From positions 1 to 64,000 of the forward strand of contig JAAILG010001016.1 of NCBI GenBank assembly GCA_012026655.1: a stretch of DNA of 64,000 nt. The letters run 5' to 3'. The stretch is from Hydrolagus affinis. Taxonomy: Eukaryota. A program made the position numbers and the translations under genes. Each line of letters opens with the position of its first letter. Within the stretch, counting starts at the first letter, position 1. This document shows positions 53,010-64,000 of this stretch, in pieces. A model generated the notes under the pieces. That model worked only from the letters and a program-made list of their open reading frames with translations, made no database searches and was not told the DNA's origin.

Positions 53010-53420
53010 GTCAGCCTGACCCAGTTGGTAGCACTCTCGCCTCTATGTCAGAAGGGTCTGTGTTCAATCCCTACCTCAGGACCTTGAGCCCACTAAGCTA
53101 ATAATTCAGTGCAGTGTTGGTAGAGCGCTGCATTATTGGAGGTCATCAAATGAGAGGTTAAAACAAGAACCCATCTGCCTGTTCAAATGGATGGAAAAGA
53201 TCCAATAGTACTATTCAAAAAGATATGGGAGTTTCTTCCAGTGTCCTGGCCAACAATTCTCTGAATAAAACACTGTTATTAACTTAATGGCTATTTGTGG
53301 GATATTGCTCTTCATAAATTGGTCTCTGAATATACCTACAAATTTAAATCACTGTACTTTACAGAAAACTAAGTGTTTTGAGATGTTAAGACAATAAACA
53401 TACTATATTAAATTATTATA
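53010..53420 (+). mobile_element. Near full-length old Deu-domain SINE (SacSINE1-like)
   Basis: tRNA-like head CAGTTGGTAGCACTCTCGCCTCTATGTCAGAAGG..GTTCAATCCC, Deu core CAGTGCAGTG...ATGAGAGGTTAAAACAAG..CCCATCTGCCTGTTCAAATGGATGGAAAAGATCC...GTGTCCTGGCCAACA, then TTTGTGGGATATTGCT and a degraded tail. Confidence 0.75.
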
Positions 53421-53899
53421 TCATTATTGTTATTAATCATCAAGCTTACGTGCTTTCTGTTTAACTCAAAAGGGAGAGATTTACAACTGAATGAACAATT
53501 AGATGCCACTTTGCAAAAGTTGAGAAATAATATCATTTGTTATTGAAAACCATTCAGTGGATGCTCATTGTCAATGTGACAGCTGTTTTTGAGTGATTGA
53601 AATTACATCTGAACAAAGTCTCTCGGTTGGGTGAAATTTGTTTACAAGCTGAGTTTAATAAAATCACGAAAGGCCCCAACATCCTTAATTTTTCTGGAGC
53701 TCACAGTAAATAGGTGACCGTATGCCCTTTTTTTTTCCCCCATCCCCATTTGTCCTGAGGCTAAATCTTATTCTAGCTAGGTTCTCTGCTAGTAATCAGT
53801 TCTCAGCTAGTCCACTGGATTGACTGATGTGTTGGAAGCGAGAAACATTGCAAAGTGGAGAGAGGAGGGAAAAGCTGCCGTCTCCCATTTAAATCACAC

Positions 53900-54520
53900 C
53901 TCCTTCTAACTGCCCAAAATGGCGCTGCTTTAGAAAAACCCACAGTTTTTTTTCCCCTTCTCTGACTGGAGGGGCCCACGTGGAAATGAATACCATGTGT
54001 AAGGGGAAAAGTGGGGAATTGTTTTTTTTTCCTGGGGCTTTTGAGAATACATAATAAATGTGAAGAATGGAGAGGGGAAAAAAAGGTAGAACACTACAAG
54101 TAAAGGGCTATTAATGATGCCAGATGTTTTGGATTCTGTGGGTTTTTTTTGGGTGGGGGTGGGGGGGAAAGACGTTTTTCCTTTTAAAATCCAACTTACG
54201 TAAACCATAGAGGGAGACAGAAAGAAAGAGAGAGGGGGGGGGAGAGAAATCAGCACCTTTACTCAATCGTCTTGAAAAGTTGAGGATCTGACAGGTTTAA
54301 AAGCTCTGCCTTTGATGTTGTTAAAAGAAATCCTGTTAAAAAGCTGTGATATGTTTTCACTTTCCACCAGGTCTAATACTGCAGGAGACCGCTCCCACCT
54401 CCCCACCACACACACCACCCCCACTCCCCTTTCTGCCTCTTGTAGTGAATGAGTTAATATTAAAGCTATTAACCAATGTTTTTATGTACTTTTCAGGGGT
54501 CAGGTCAAACAGTTTAACTG
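53900..54520. promoter_or_regulatory. Motif-dense candidate promoter/enhancer
   Basis: YY1-like CAAAATGGCG 53915-24, CACGTG 53977-82, TTACGTAA 54196-203, TGACAG 54289-94, TCF/LEF CCTTTGATGT 54309-18, GGGTCAGGTCA near 54497, G/C runs; no repeat recognised. Confidence 0.35.
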
Positions 54521-55392
54521 TAGTTAAAGACAGAAGGTTAAGCGCATTTTCACGAGAATGTTTGTTTACCCTAGAGTGCAACTCCCTGCCTTCGGGATGT
54601 TGCTGTAAATGTTATAGGTTATCTTAAAAAGCTGCGTAATGTTCTTATTTTGGTTAACTTGAAAATGACTTATTCTGACTAGCAACTAATGTATTGAATG
54701 TGCAAGCCTTTCCATATTTCCGCGCATTTGTCTTCCAAAGCTTGATGGTGAAATTCATGAAATTGCAAGGGCTGTTTGTCATCTTATGTGTTTAAGCTCA
54801 CAAAATATTATTCCACAGCTTGCATATTAACAGACTTTTATTTATTAGTGGCTTGAATTGTGGAAACCAAACATGGGAGTGTTTCCGTTATGTGCAATTG
54901 AAGCCTGAAGTTGTTTTTTTGGAAGCTGGGTGGTTAGATTAGATTTGGATGCAGCAGTGTCCCTTTCCCATTCCTGTCTGAAACAGTTATTTACAATTTT
55001 ATTAACTTTTTGTGCTCAACAAAGTGAGCAATGTTTCCGGGAATGGGAATGTTTTTTTCCCCCTAATTACAGATTCCATTCAGTGTCAGTAACAAGCAAT
55101 ACCCAATGCGTGGTCAAATGCACAGTCAGCATCCCTCCACTTTGTCCCAACAATATATCTCAGCCCAACCTTAGAAAAACATGACCCAATGCATCAATTA
55201 TGTATTTCTCTCCAACCTACACTCTTCAACCACTAACCCTCCTCCCGACACATGGAATGAAACAGCAAAATACTTCAGGACTCACACACGCAAATAGAAC
55301 TCTTTACAGGCAGCGGACTTTCATTCCATCACTCTGACTTGGATTTAAAGCCGGGTAAAGACAAATTCTCCTTTATTTGTTACTTTGTCTTA

Positions 55393-55512
55393 TTTCACTC
55401 ACAAAATACCCAGTAAATCCACTTTACAATATACTCTGTGAAGCGCTTTAAGGTGTCTCAATGACATGATAAGGCGCAATATCAAATATAAGGATTATTA
55501 TTATTATTATTT
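55393..55512 (+). mobile_element. Young SINE family, 5'-truncated
   Basis: CACTTTACAATATACTCTGTGAAGCGCTTT...AAGGCGCAATATCAAATATAAGG(ATT)n. Confidence 0.8.
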
Positions 55513-56024
55513 TTCTCCCACTTTTGAATTCTGTTACAGTTATCTCCTGCTTTGGCATTTCTCTTTCAGCCTGAAGAACGAGAAGCTTGTGCCTGAGGAT
55601 TTTTCCATAAGAGCAACAAGGCTGTTCTAGAATCATCTTTCGTAAGACAAAACTATGCCATCCCAGTTTTTTTCGGTCCCACACAGCTTAACCATAAATG
55701 GCTAGAAGATGCAGAGTGAGGAAAACTGAGTTAAATCTGACCCAAATGTCTTTGAAGTCATCAGATGTGGACTCCGGGTCTCAATTTCAGAGCAGAATCC
55801 ACCACTTACCTGATGGGAACCTCTTCTTGGACGTCTTCCCGACGTGAAAGTCACTCTACAAATGTATTGTTGTTGTTATGAAATTCTATTTTGTTACATT
55901 TCAAATTATAATGAGATATTAACTTTTTAGTTAATAGTTATTGCTACTTTATTTTAAAGGATATCAAATGTATTTTCCTCTCTTGACTTACCTTTCGTCA
56001 AATGTAGTTCCCCCTATATTTAAC

Positions 56025-56310
56025 CCAAGCTTCCATAATTTATGTGACAATCTCAACAACATTTAATCACAGGGGCAGTTGAGACCAACCCTAAGCTTGT
56101 CCTAACCTGACATCCACCCATGCTGTCTGCACCAGCGCTTTGCTGGATAGTATTCAGGAATGGGAAACCTATTGGTTTTCTCTTTTCTATCTCAGGTCAC
56201 CAAGTATTGCCTCTAGTGCTACCCAGACTAGGATCAGCGATCAGCGAATGCAACTGCCTCCAGAGATCAAACCAGAAACCTAACCTGTCTGAATGTTACA
56301 GATCAATCTA
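56025..56310 (-). mobile_element. AmnSINE2-like ancient SINE, degraded
   Basis: TTGTCCTAACCTGACATCCAC...CTGGATAGTATTCAGGAATGGGAAACC...GGATCAGC...AGAGATCAAACCAG matches the reverse strand of the same family. Confidence 0.55.
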
Positions 56311-58817
56311 CTCACTGAACAAACCTGTTGGACTATTGGGAGAAACAAGTTTGTTACAATTTTATCAAAGATCTTTCAGTAGCTCTTAACAATGTAGGAC
56401 AAAATAATTGTTTCCCAGGAAAATCTCCTGTTCCTCTCTCAACATTCTTGATAGGAATACTTTTGCTGCTAAACGCAACTCTTCCTTCTTCACCTTGTGA
56501 GAAAATGGACTGCTAATAAATAACTGTTTGCAGCCTCAACGTGTGAGAGAGAGAGTCATAGTTAAGACAGTAAAAGATTACTTTCACAGAGATTATTTCG
56601 ACGTAAATCACATAAAACGTTTTAACTATGCGTCCGCTAGTTGTGGACTGTAACCCAATCTCTGGGTTCCTATGACCTTACAAACTGCTTGAGCTTCACC
56701 CTTGTGGTTAATCACATCATCAGAACCTTCTGATTATGTTACAGACTCGCACAAACTCCCCTCATCTGAGATTCTCTCTGTTTTCCAGCCTGTGACTAAA
56801 TCTCAGCAGATGTTGCGTATAGTCTCAGTTCAAAGGAATCTCTGGCTCATCTTTTTGTCTCAACATTTAATTTACAAGTTCTTTGTTTCTGCTTCTCATT
56901 TATAATTTGTTTCTAGTCACAGAAATCATTCCACAGAGTTAAGAAAATATTCAGGAGGATTGGAAATATTTCACTTTGCTCACTTTTGCTTTGCAAAAAA
57001 ACGCAGAAGGCAAGAGTCAATACAGGTGTAAGAGTTTGTCAAAGATCAATTTGACTCCATCGACACATCTCAGTTTGAGCTGCAAGGAAATGAGCATTTC
57101 AAATCCCATCTCTTCCTAATTGTTTACATGTGTCCAGGCAAACCTGCATTCCTTAATTTGGTTCCATTTCTGGACTGTTTTTTTCACACAAAGCTGGATG
57201 CAAATGTTACCTCTACCTCACTGGGGGGAAATTAAAAAAAAATAAAGTTGACCACTGATTGACCTTGTGCTGCCTATTGGTCAAAAGTACGAGCAACTAT
57301 CCAAACAGACAGCTGCAGGTCACTAAAGGGCAAGTTCTGCTAAAGTTGCAATCCAACATTAATTCTCCCGTACAATTAATCAAAACGAACCGTTGTTATC
57401 TCACAGGCAACCCCGGTCAATTTGTGAAGCACTTGAGCAGTCGGGGTGTGGGGGGGTGGGGAGAGTGTGATACAAATAGCACACCCTGATATGTTCTACG
57501 GAGGCATGCTTCACTACGGGAACAAGCTCAAATGCCTTTGAAGTCACCAGATTGTTTTAACTACCAGTTTTGAATATAATTTCATCAATCAAGCCGCAAG
57601 GCTGGGCCAACTCAAAAGTGTTCGTTGTAGATCTATCATCCCAGCTCATTAGAGAGTGGCTAAAAATCCATATGTTAGACTAATCCTGTCAACCTAGAAT
57701 AGGAACGGCTGTCCGGAGACCTACCTGTCTAAGTGTGTAGAGGTTTATCAAATTACAGGCCAAGGTAAATGATTTGTGAAGTGCCCATATTGTTTTTAGA
57801 AGAATAACAGTAAATCAGAAATCTTTTATCTGAAGGACTAGGCACAACTGGAGAGAATTTTTTTTCCCCTACCACGCTCCCTTCACTCATTAAACTCAGA
57901 GCTGTAAAACTGGATAACAATGTTTTATATAACTATTACAACAAAACAAGAGAGGAAGAGAAAAACAGTCAGCGGACAAAAATAAAAGGCCCGGGTCAAG
58001 AGAGACTGACGTCCAGAGGTTAAGATAACACAGAAAGATTACCTGCTATGAACCATGTCAAATTTATTTCTGTCATTAGACTAAAGGCACTTGAGTAGAA
58101 AAATGGGTGATGTCACTCCTATGCACCCATGGAGGTCTGATGGAGTGGCCACATGTTAGGACTGCAGATCTGCTTTGTGGCAGTGAGCATGACAAGCCTT
58201 GTCTCTAGCTAGAGTCTTGTGACGTGACACCCTCGGGCATTTTATTGATCTCTTCTCGCAGCAGATAAATGCTAATTGTACCCACGCAACAAAGCAATCT
58301 TATTATCATGTTAACTAGCAGGAGGATTGTTGGTCCCAAACAACTGTGGTTTTCCACTTCATTACCTACTAATTTAAAGATAAATGAATCTACAGTTACT
58401 AAGCAAATAAGGTCACCTATCAAGTACTTGTAAATTAATTTGTAAGCGAGTGGAGGGTGGGGGGGTGAGGGGTGTGAAGGGGAGGGGGAATACGCATCAA
58501 ATGGAATGAGAGGGGTGTCAGTTGCATCAGGGCTGAATTGGTACCTCATGCTGATTTATCTTGCTGTCTCTCCAATTCAGATGTAATTGAAGGCTAATTA
58601 ATGTACATTCTACCTGATGCCCTGGTGGGACAGAGCATGGTAGTGTTCATGAGTCCTGACTGCTCACTAGATGTCACAGTCTGGATTGCTTGTCATCCTT
58701 CATAAGTTTTATTTTCCCTCTGCCAAACATGATTGAACTCTCACCTGGCGTTGAATTCATTTTTAGCCACACAAAACAAACGATTGGTGCAACAGATGGA
58801 ATAGAGATTCATTGCAT

Positions 58818-59039
58818 GGAGTCCTGTAGCTCAGTGGTTACAGCACTCTTTTACAAGCGAGAGACTTGATTCCAAGGCAGGGTTGGATTCCAGGCAGGTC
58901 AAAACCTTGGGCAAGTTTCCCACAAATATACAGTCAATTCACTTTACAGTGTATTCTATGAAGCACTTTGAGACATCTAGAAGACATGAAAAACGCTATA
59001 TCAAATGCAAGGATTATTACTGTTATTATTATTATTATT
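58818..59039 (+). mobile_element. tRNA-Ala-derived SINE, internally deleted
   Basis: Head GGAGTCCTGTAGCTCAGTGGTTACAGCACTC, duplicated GATTCCA(A)GGCAGG, junction GGGCAAGTTTCC|CACAAATATACAGTC, tail ending in (ATT)n. Confidence 0.88.
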
Positions 59040-59239
59040 GCAATGAATATAAACCAATCACATAATTGACTGTTCTGCAAGCTACAGAGATGCATTCTTC
59101 AAAATAAAGTATTTGGACAAGCACCTGTGCACAGATTGTCTGTTGCTTTAGCTTATGTGCACACAGTCATTATACCACAACAAAAACTCATACTTATATG
59201 GTCCCCTAGTCTCGGAATGGTAGCGAGCGATGAAATCCT

Positions 59240-59305
59240 GAGAAGTGCTTTGAGACATCTCAACAACGTTATATCAAATGCAAAGATTATTATCATCATC
59301 ATCAT
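59240..59305 (+). mobile_element. Young SINE family, 3' tail only
   Basis: AAGTGCTTTGAGACATCTC...TATATCAAATGCAAAGATTATTATCATC. Confidence 0.7.
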
Positions 59306-60584
59306 GAACCTCTGGACAATGACTAGCTAAACTCAGAAATTATGCAGACATTTCAGCTTAATATTGTTTTGTAAAAGAGCCGCTGTTGTGAAATTGACAT
59401 TTGTCCTTTAAAAGCGATTTGTCTTTACATATGGTGAAATGTATTTAATGAATAAACATATACTAGTTGTTGGTTGAAAAATGATAATTTGATTGATATA
59501 TTAATAATTCTTAATCCTCTTCTCTGTTGCACAACTCTCTCTCTCTTTCCCCCACTACCAACCACCCCCACACCCACACACATACTCACTGTCTGTGGGA
59601 TCTTGGCTCATTGCCTCCAGGTCTGGGCCTTATGAAATTTGCCTGTATTGAGTTCATGGCCTGTAATAAACCGTTACCACTCAGCATCTTTTAATGATAA
59701 AAGAAGCACTTCATTATCACTGATGAATATTCCATTTATTAGATTCCCAGGAACAGTGTTGCAGTAAAGAGCTGTCAAAAAGCTTTTTTAAAAATAAAAC
59801 AAAGGACTCCCTTTGTATTGAAATTATAAATTGTTTTCAGATTGCCTCTCAATTTGTAACTGGGGAGTGAAGGACTACCCAGCAGCGAATGCAATGTGTC
59901 ACATGCTGTGATAGTGTAAAGAATGTTTTTTTTGTGTCATTTCAGCAAGATTTCAATCTTTCCTGTGTGTAAACAATTTGGGAATGTTAATCTGGTGGTT
60001 TATCTTTAAACTTCAGACCTTTGGTGAGCTTCAAATAATGGATTTTAGTAAGACAATTGAGAAAGATATTTTTTAACTGCTCGCTCAGTTTAAAGCCTTC
60101 CTTTCCCAAATCACTTAATCTTCGTAAAATTGGGATAAGCATTTCTAATTCTGCCAAGGAACGAGTCATCACTCTTAGTAAATACATTTGAGTTTGGACA
60201 CACCTAATTTAAGAAATGATTAAGCCATTCTATGAATATCATATAATTTTAAGAAGAACAAGATTATTTGTGTGGGTGGGGGCTTCAACACACAACCTTC
60301 TGACTCAGTGGCAAGAATGCCACCAACTGAGCCAGGCTGACAGTTCAGATAATCTGATAATTCAGATATTAAACAAGTCTTCTGAGATACTATCATTTAT
60401 TTTGCATTATTACTATTGATCACACAAATGTATTGCTTTATTGCTGAAATTCATGCACGTTTTTGATTGCCTTCTTTAAACATGAAGGCTCTGCTCTTTC
60501 TCCCTGTGACAGAGCAATCAGTTATTTTGTGCCTAATAGCAAGGCTATTGTAAGCATTTTTAAAAAATGTTTCTCTGACTTTTT

Positions 60585-60968
60585 CGTGAGTAAAGATATC
60601 GCCAAGTGTAGAATGAAGCCACGAGGAACAGAAACAGGTCACAGGTTTGATTCTTGTATTGAGCTGTTGATCTCAGTTGTATCACAATTATTAAAATTCG
60701 GCTTAGCAAGGCGAGGCATTGGAAGGGAGAAATCAGCTAGGTATCTCTCCCCTTCTGGAAAGTGCATGATGTGGATGCCAGGTATGAAAAGGAGAGGGGC
60801 TTGGCTGTGATATTCTTCAAGCTTAAAACAGCCTGCCAGCATTTACTGCCTAGCCTCACGCATGAAGAATGACACTTGGGTAAGGTGTTGGAGGGCATCT
60901 GGTGCTTGTGAATCCGTATCCCAGCAACAGTCAGTGCCTTCAGGAGAAGAATGGGGCTAGAAATGGGA
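60585..60968 (+). mobile_element. AmnSINE2-like ancient SINE, near full length
   Basis: AGGTCACAGGTTTGATTC..TGATCTCAG...GGGAGAAATCAGCTAGG...GGGCTTGGCTGTGAT...AGCCTGCCAGCATTTACTGCCTAGCCTCACGCATGAAGAATGACACTTGGGTAAGGTGTTGGAGGGC is colinear with the recalled AmnSINE2 consensus; a second copy lies at 45070-45440. Confidence 0.72.
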
Positions 60969-62218
60969 GTGGAGCTGACCAAAAGTAATTACTTTAGGAT
61001 TGGTTAATAAGGGTCCCAAATTGCTTACCTGTAAACCACATTCAGTCAGGCAGCTTATGCAACGTCATGTTATGCACTTAAAACACTGCAGTGTAAAAGA
61101 AGGCCTTTACTTATTTACGTGTTTATTAGTCATTTCAGTTCACTACCTCGTGATAGAATACAGCACATATTAGTTAACCTTGCCATTCTTGCTGTTGAGC
61201 TCTTTGACTTAGATCTATTATTACAGCAGCAACAGTGTAGCTAATTTGAGACAAAAACATTGTAAATTTACCCAAAGGAAAAGAAATTCCAAATCTGAAA
61301 TCTATCTTAATTGGTAAATGGAGCAATGCCAAAGAGACCGGGTGAGTTTAGCAGAACTCTCTGCGCATATTTTGAAACTGGTGGATTCAAGTATTAGGAT
61401 CCCCTTAGAGTTAAACCCATTCCCACTGGATTTATGATGTATGTCTTACCTGCTACCAAGCTGCTCCACCATGTATATTTTGATAGCATTGCACTTTGTT
61501 TTCATAATCATCCCAATGTACTTTGTGGTTGCTGGGAAGCTGTGCAATCCCTGATGGTTCAGCAAGTTTATACAGTAATCTCTGAGCCATATGCACAGGG
61601 AAGTGCCAGGTCTAACCTGCAGCCAGCTTGGGTGACAATGCAAGTATGTGTGTGTGTGTGTGCATGCTCTCTATGTGGATAGGTTCAGGTAGGCTCAATG
61701 CCATTGCCCACTGCAGTCAGAAAGTCTGTATACATCCACTTTCAAACAAAATGCCAGAGGGCACCTGGCATCATGGAACAGCACCCTCAATAAAAGGTTA
61801 AGTGGAATCAAACACCTTTCAGAGAAGAGGGTGTGTATGTTGTTAAAAAAAATTACAACTAATTTCACCGCAGTGTATTCAGTAAATGAATGATGCATTG
61901 TACTGTAATATACAGTAATCCATGCAGTAATCCTCGTGATTTAATTTTTTTAAACTCAATTTCTTGAACCCAGCTGAACTTATTTTTCTTACTTGATAAA
62001 GGTCATTGTTTTCCCGAGGCTTACAATCTGAATCACGAGTACTGAAAACAGCTGTCATGAAATTTGTTAAGATAATTTAATAATTTCATAGGTCAACTGT
62101 TAAAGATGCTTTCAGGCTTTAACCTTCTTAACTGTTTCAATTCTCTAAAGATTTCACACAACACGTTTAGTGAAGTCACACAATGATAACGCATTCCAAA
62201 TCATTAAGAAACAGGCTT

Positions 62219-62266
62219 TTATATATATCTATATATATATCTATAAACAGTATATAGATATATATA
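62219..62266. repeat. Imperfect (TA)n microsatellite
   Basis: Read directly. Confidence 0.8.
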
Positions 62267-62547
62267 AACCAATTTGAATTTCCTGGAAATATTCTTCATG
62301 TTAAATAAAGTGACATTTTACAGGAATTTATGAATGTTTGTTATTGTTACATATCTTAACCGTTTTCAACATATGAGGTTTTAAGATTTATGGCAGTACA
62401 ATTTGTATGGAAAAAAAATCCCAATTTCATTACATCTAGAAAATGGGCTTAAATTCCTCTATTTTTAATAAATTGATACAGAAATGCCATTTTTTCTATG
62501 TGTGTGAACGTACAGCACTGAAATTGTATTAACTCTTGTAACATGTG

Positions 62548-62661
62548 ATAATAATAATAATCCTCGCATTTGATGTAGCGCCTTATCGAGTCTTCAAGAC
62601 ATCTCAAAGCGCTTCACAAAATATACAGTAAAGTGAATTGACTGATATTTTGTGGGCAAAA
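62548..62661 (-). mobile_element. Young SINE family, 5'-truncated
   Basis: (AAT)n CCTCGCATTTGATGTAGCGCC...CTCAAAGCGCTTCACAAAATATACAGTAAAGTGAATTGACTG. Confidence 0.85.
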
Positions 62662-62764
62662 TGAAATGCTGGACTGGCGAATGAAAACGTAACAACCAAT
62701 TTGAAAGCAAAGTCAACAGTCAGTCTCCCAATTAAGCAATTTAAGTTTATGAAGCTTCAAAATT

Positions 62765-63080
62765 AATAAATAAATATTGTTGCATTTGATGTAGCACTGT
62801 GCATGTTGCCAGGATGTCTGAAAGGATATCATAGGATTTACTGTAAAGTGTAGTAACTGAATTTTATAGACCAACGAGGGGACCAATAATTTTTACAAAC
62901 CATCAAGATGTAAATGACCAATTTAAATAGGGGAATTTTGGCCAGGAAACCCAAAGAAACTCTTCTACATTGAATAGTGCCATGAGATGTTTAACCTCCA
63001 CCTGAACAGGCAGATGGGACCTTGATTTCATTTGAAGGATGGCACCTGAAACAATGCACCACATTCTAGCACTGCGCTGG
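62765..63080 (-). mobile_element. Old Deu-domain SINE
   Basis: TTGGCCAGGAAACCC...TGAATAGTGCCATGAGATGTTTAACCTCCACCTGAACAGGCAGATGGGACCTTGATTT...GAAGGATGGCACCT..ACAATGCACCAC matches the Deu core on the minus strand, preceded by the tail. Confidence 0.75.
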
Positions 63081-64000
63081 CTTTTAATAAAATTAAAGGT
63101 TGGATCCTAAATTTAGTTTGTTCTTGACTCATTATTTATTCAATTATAAATAAAATGTCTTGATTATTTTGGTCAAATCAAACTGGATCTTGGCATTTCT
63201 CTGCGATATTTAAAGCCTATTGAATGTAAGTCAATCTGATGTTGCTATATTGAATATCTGCCATTGTACCAAATAAGCAAAGACACTATGTGGAAGGGTT
63301 ATGGAATGAACACAAAGTGCCAAAAAAGTATTTAAGTAATTGAAGGCATTTTCAAATAAAATATGCACTCTACCTATCATCTTTCACTGTTTGTCACTCA
63401 CGCTGTTCTCTGAGGTTGCCTTGCTCATGGATGCCAACCTCTGTTTGTTGCCAGCTGTGAAATTTCCTGAGTACAAGTGTGAGACAGATGGAAACACATT
63501 GAAATATGTGGAGCTTTTTTTTAACCTAAGAGCAAGAGACAAAGGAGCAAGATGCTTCATTTACCAAAACAAATCCTGATTCCACTTTCTGCTCACAGTA
63601 CTGTTGAGTTTGGAAAACCATATTCCATGCTATGGACTTGAATGGATCCCCATCTTTGATTTATAGACTTGAAATTCTGTCTAGCCTTTGGCTGCAAGAT
63701 GATTTAGTCTCAAATTTAATATGCACAGAAGTGTGGAACAATTCTTAAATCCAGTCTTAATTTGGAAGCTGTTTTTTCCAATAGTTGTGTCCAAATTAAG
63801 AATGGATTTAAGAATTCTAAGACAAAATGGTCCTACAGGAAAGGGTTGGATGAACTTATGCGACATCACTGCCAGTGAGATTTCTAATGATAGAAAACTC
63901 CAGCATTGGAATATAAACATTGAAATATAAACAATGGAAAGAGACTATTGTGGTCATCCTAAACTTTGAAAGATATTTGGCCATTGTCTATCTGCCCTCA

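Noticed and set aside
63917-64000. Plus-strand peptide TIVVILNFERYLAIVYLP resembling the GPCR E/DRY motif
   Set aside because: In-frame TAA at 63914-16, no convincing splice acceptor and no upstream TM helices; the context (KYK...VILN, upstream EYKCETDGNTLKYVE) fits a decayed CR1 RT or chance equally well, and it is cut by the window edge.

Overview
AT-rich, CpG-depleted vertebrate genomic DNA. The repeats (tRNA-Ala-head/Deu-body/L2-tail SINEs, shark-type CR1 3' end, Penelope-type remnant) point to a cartilaginous fish, probably a holocephalan such as Callorhinchus; this is inferred from recalled consensus sequences, not a database search. No host protein-coding gene, rRNA, true tRNA or CRISPR array is recognisable, and nearly all listed ORFs look like chance frames or transposon fossils, so the window reads as a large intron or gene desert. 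The best-supported structure is a nested transposon cluster at 11.8-16.3 kb: a CR1 3' fragment inside an older RTE-like LINE, a Tc1/mariner-type MITE inside one SINE tail, and a 1.17-kb internally deleted Tigger/pogo element inside another. There are also many SINE copies of several age classes (young tRNA-Ala SINE, old Deu-SINE, AmnSINE2-like, LF-SINE-like), several hairpins, an unclassified element with TTAATTAA-palindrome ends at 43.5 kb, and repeat-free motif-rich blocks that may be conserved enhancers or an alternative promoter (54 kb). I see no firm evidence for a new biological system; the findings are hypotheses to test.
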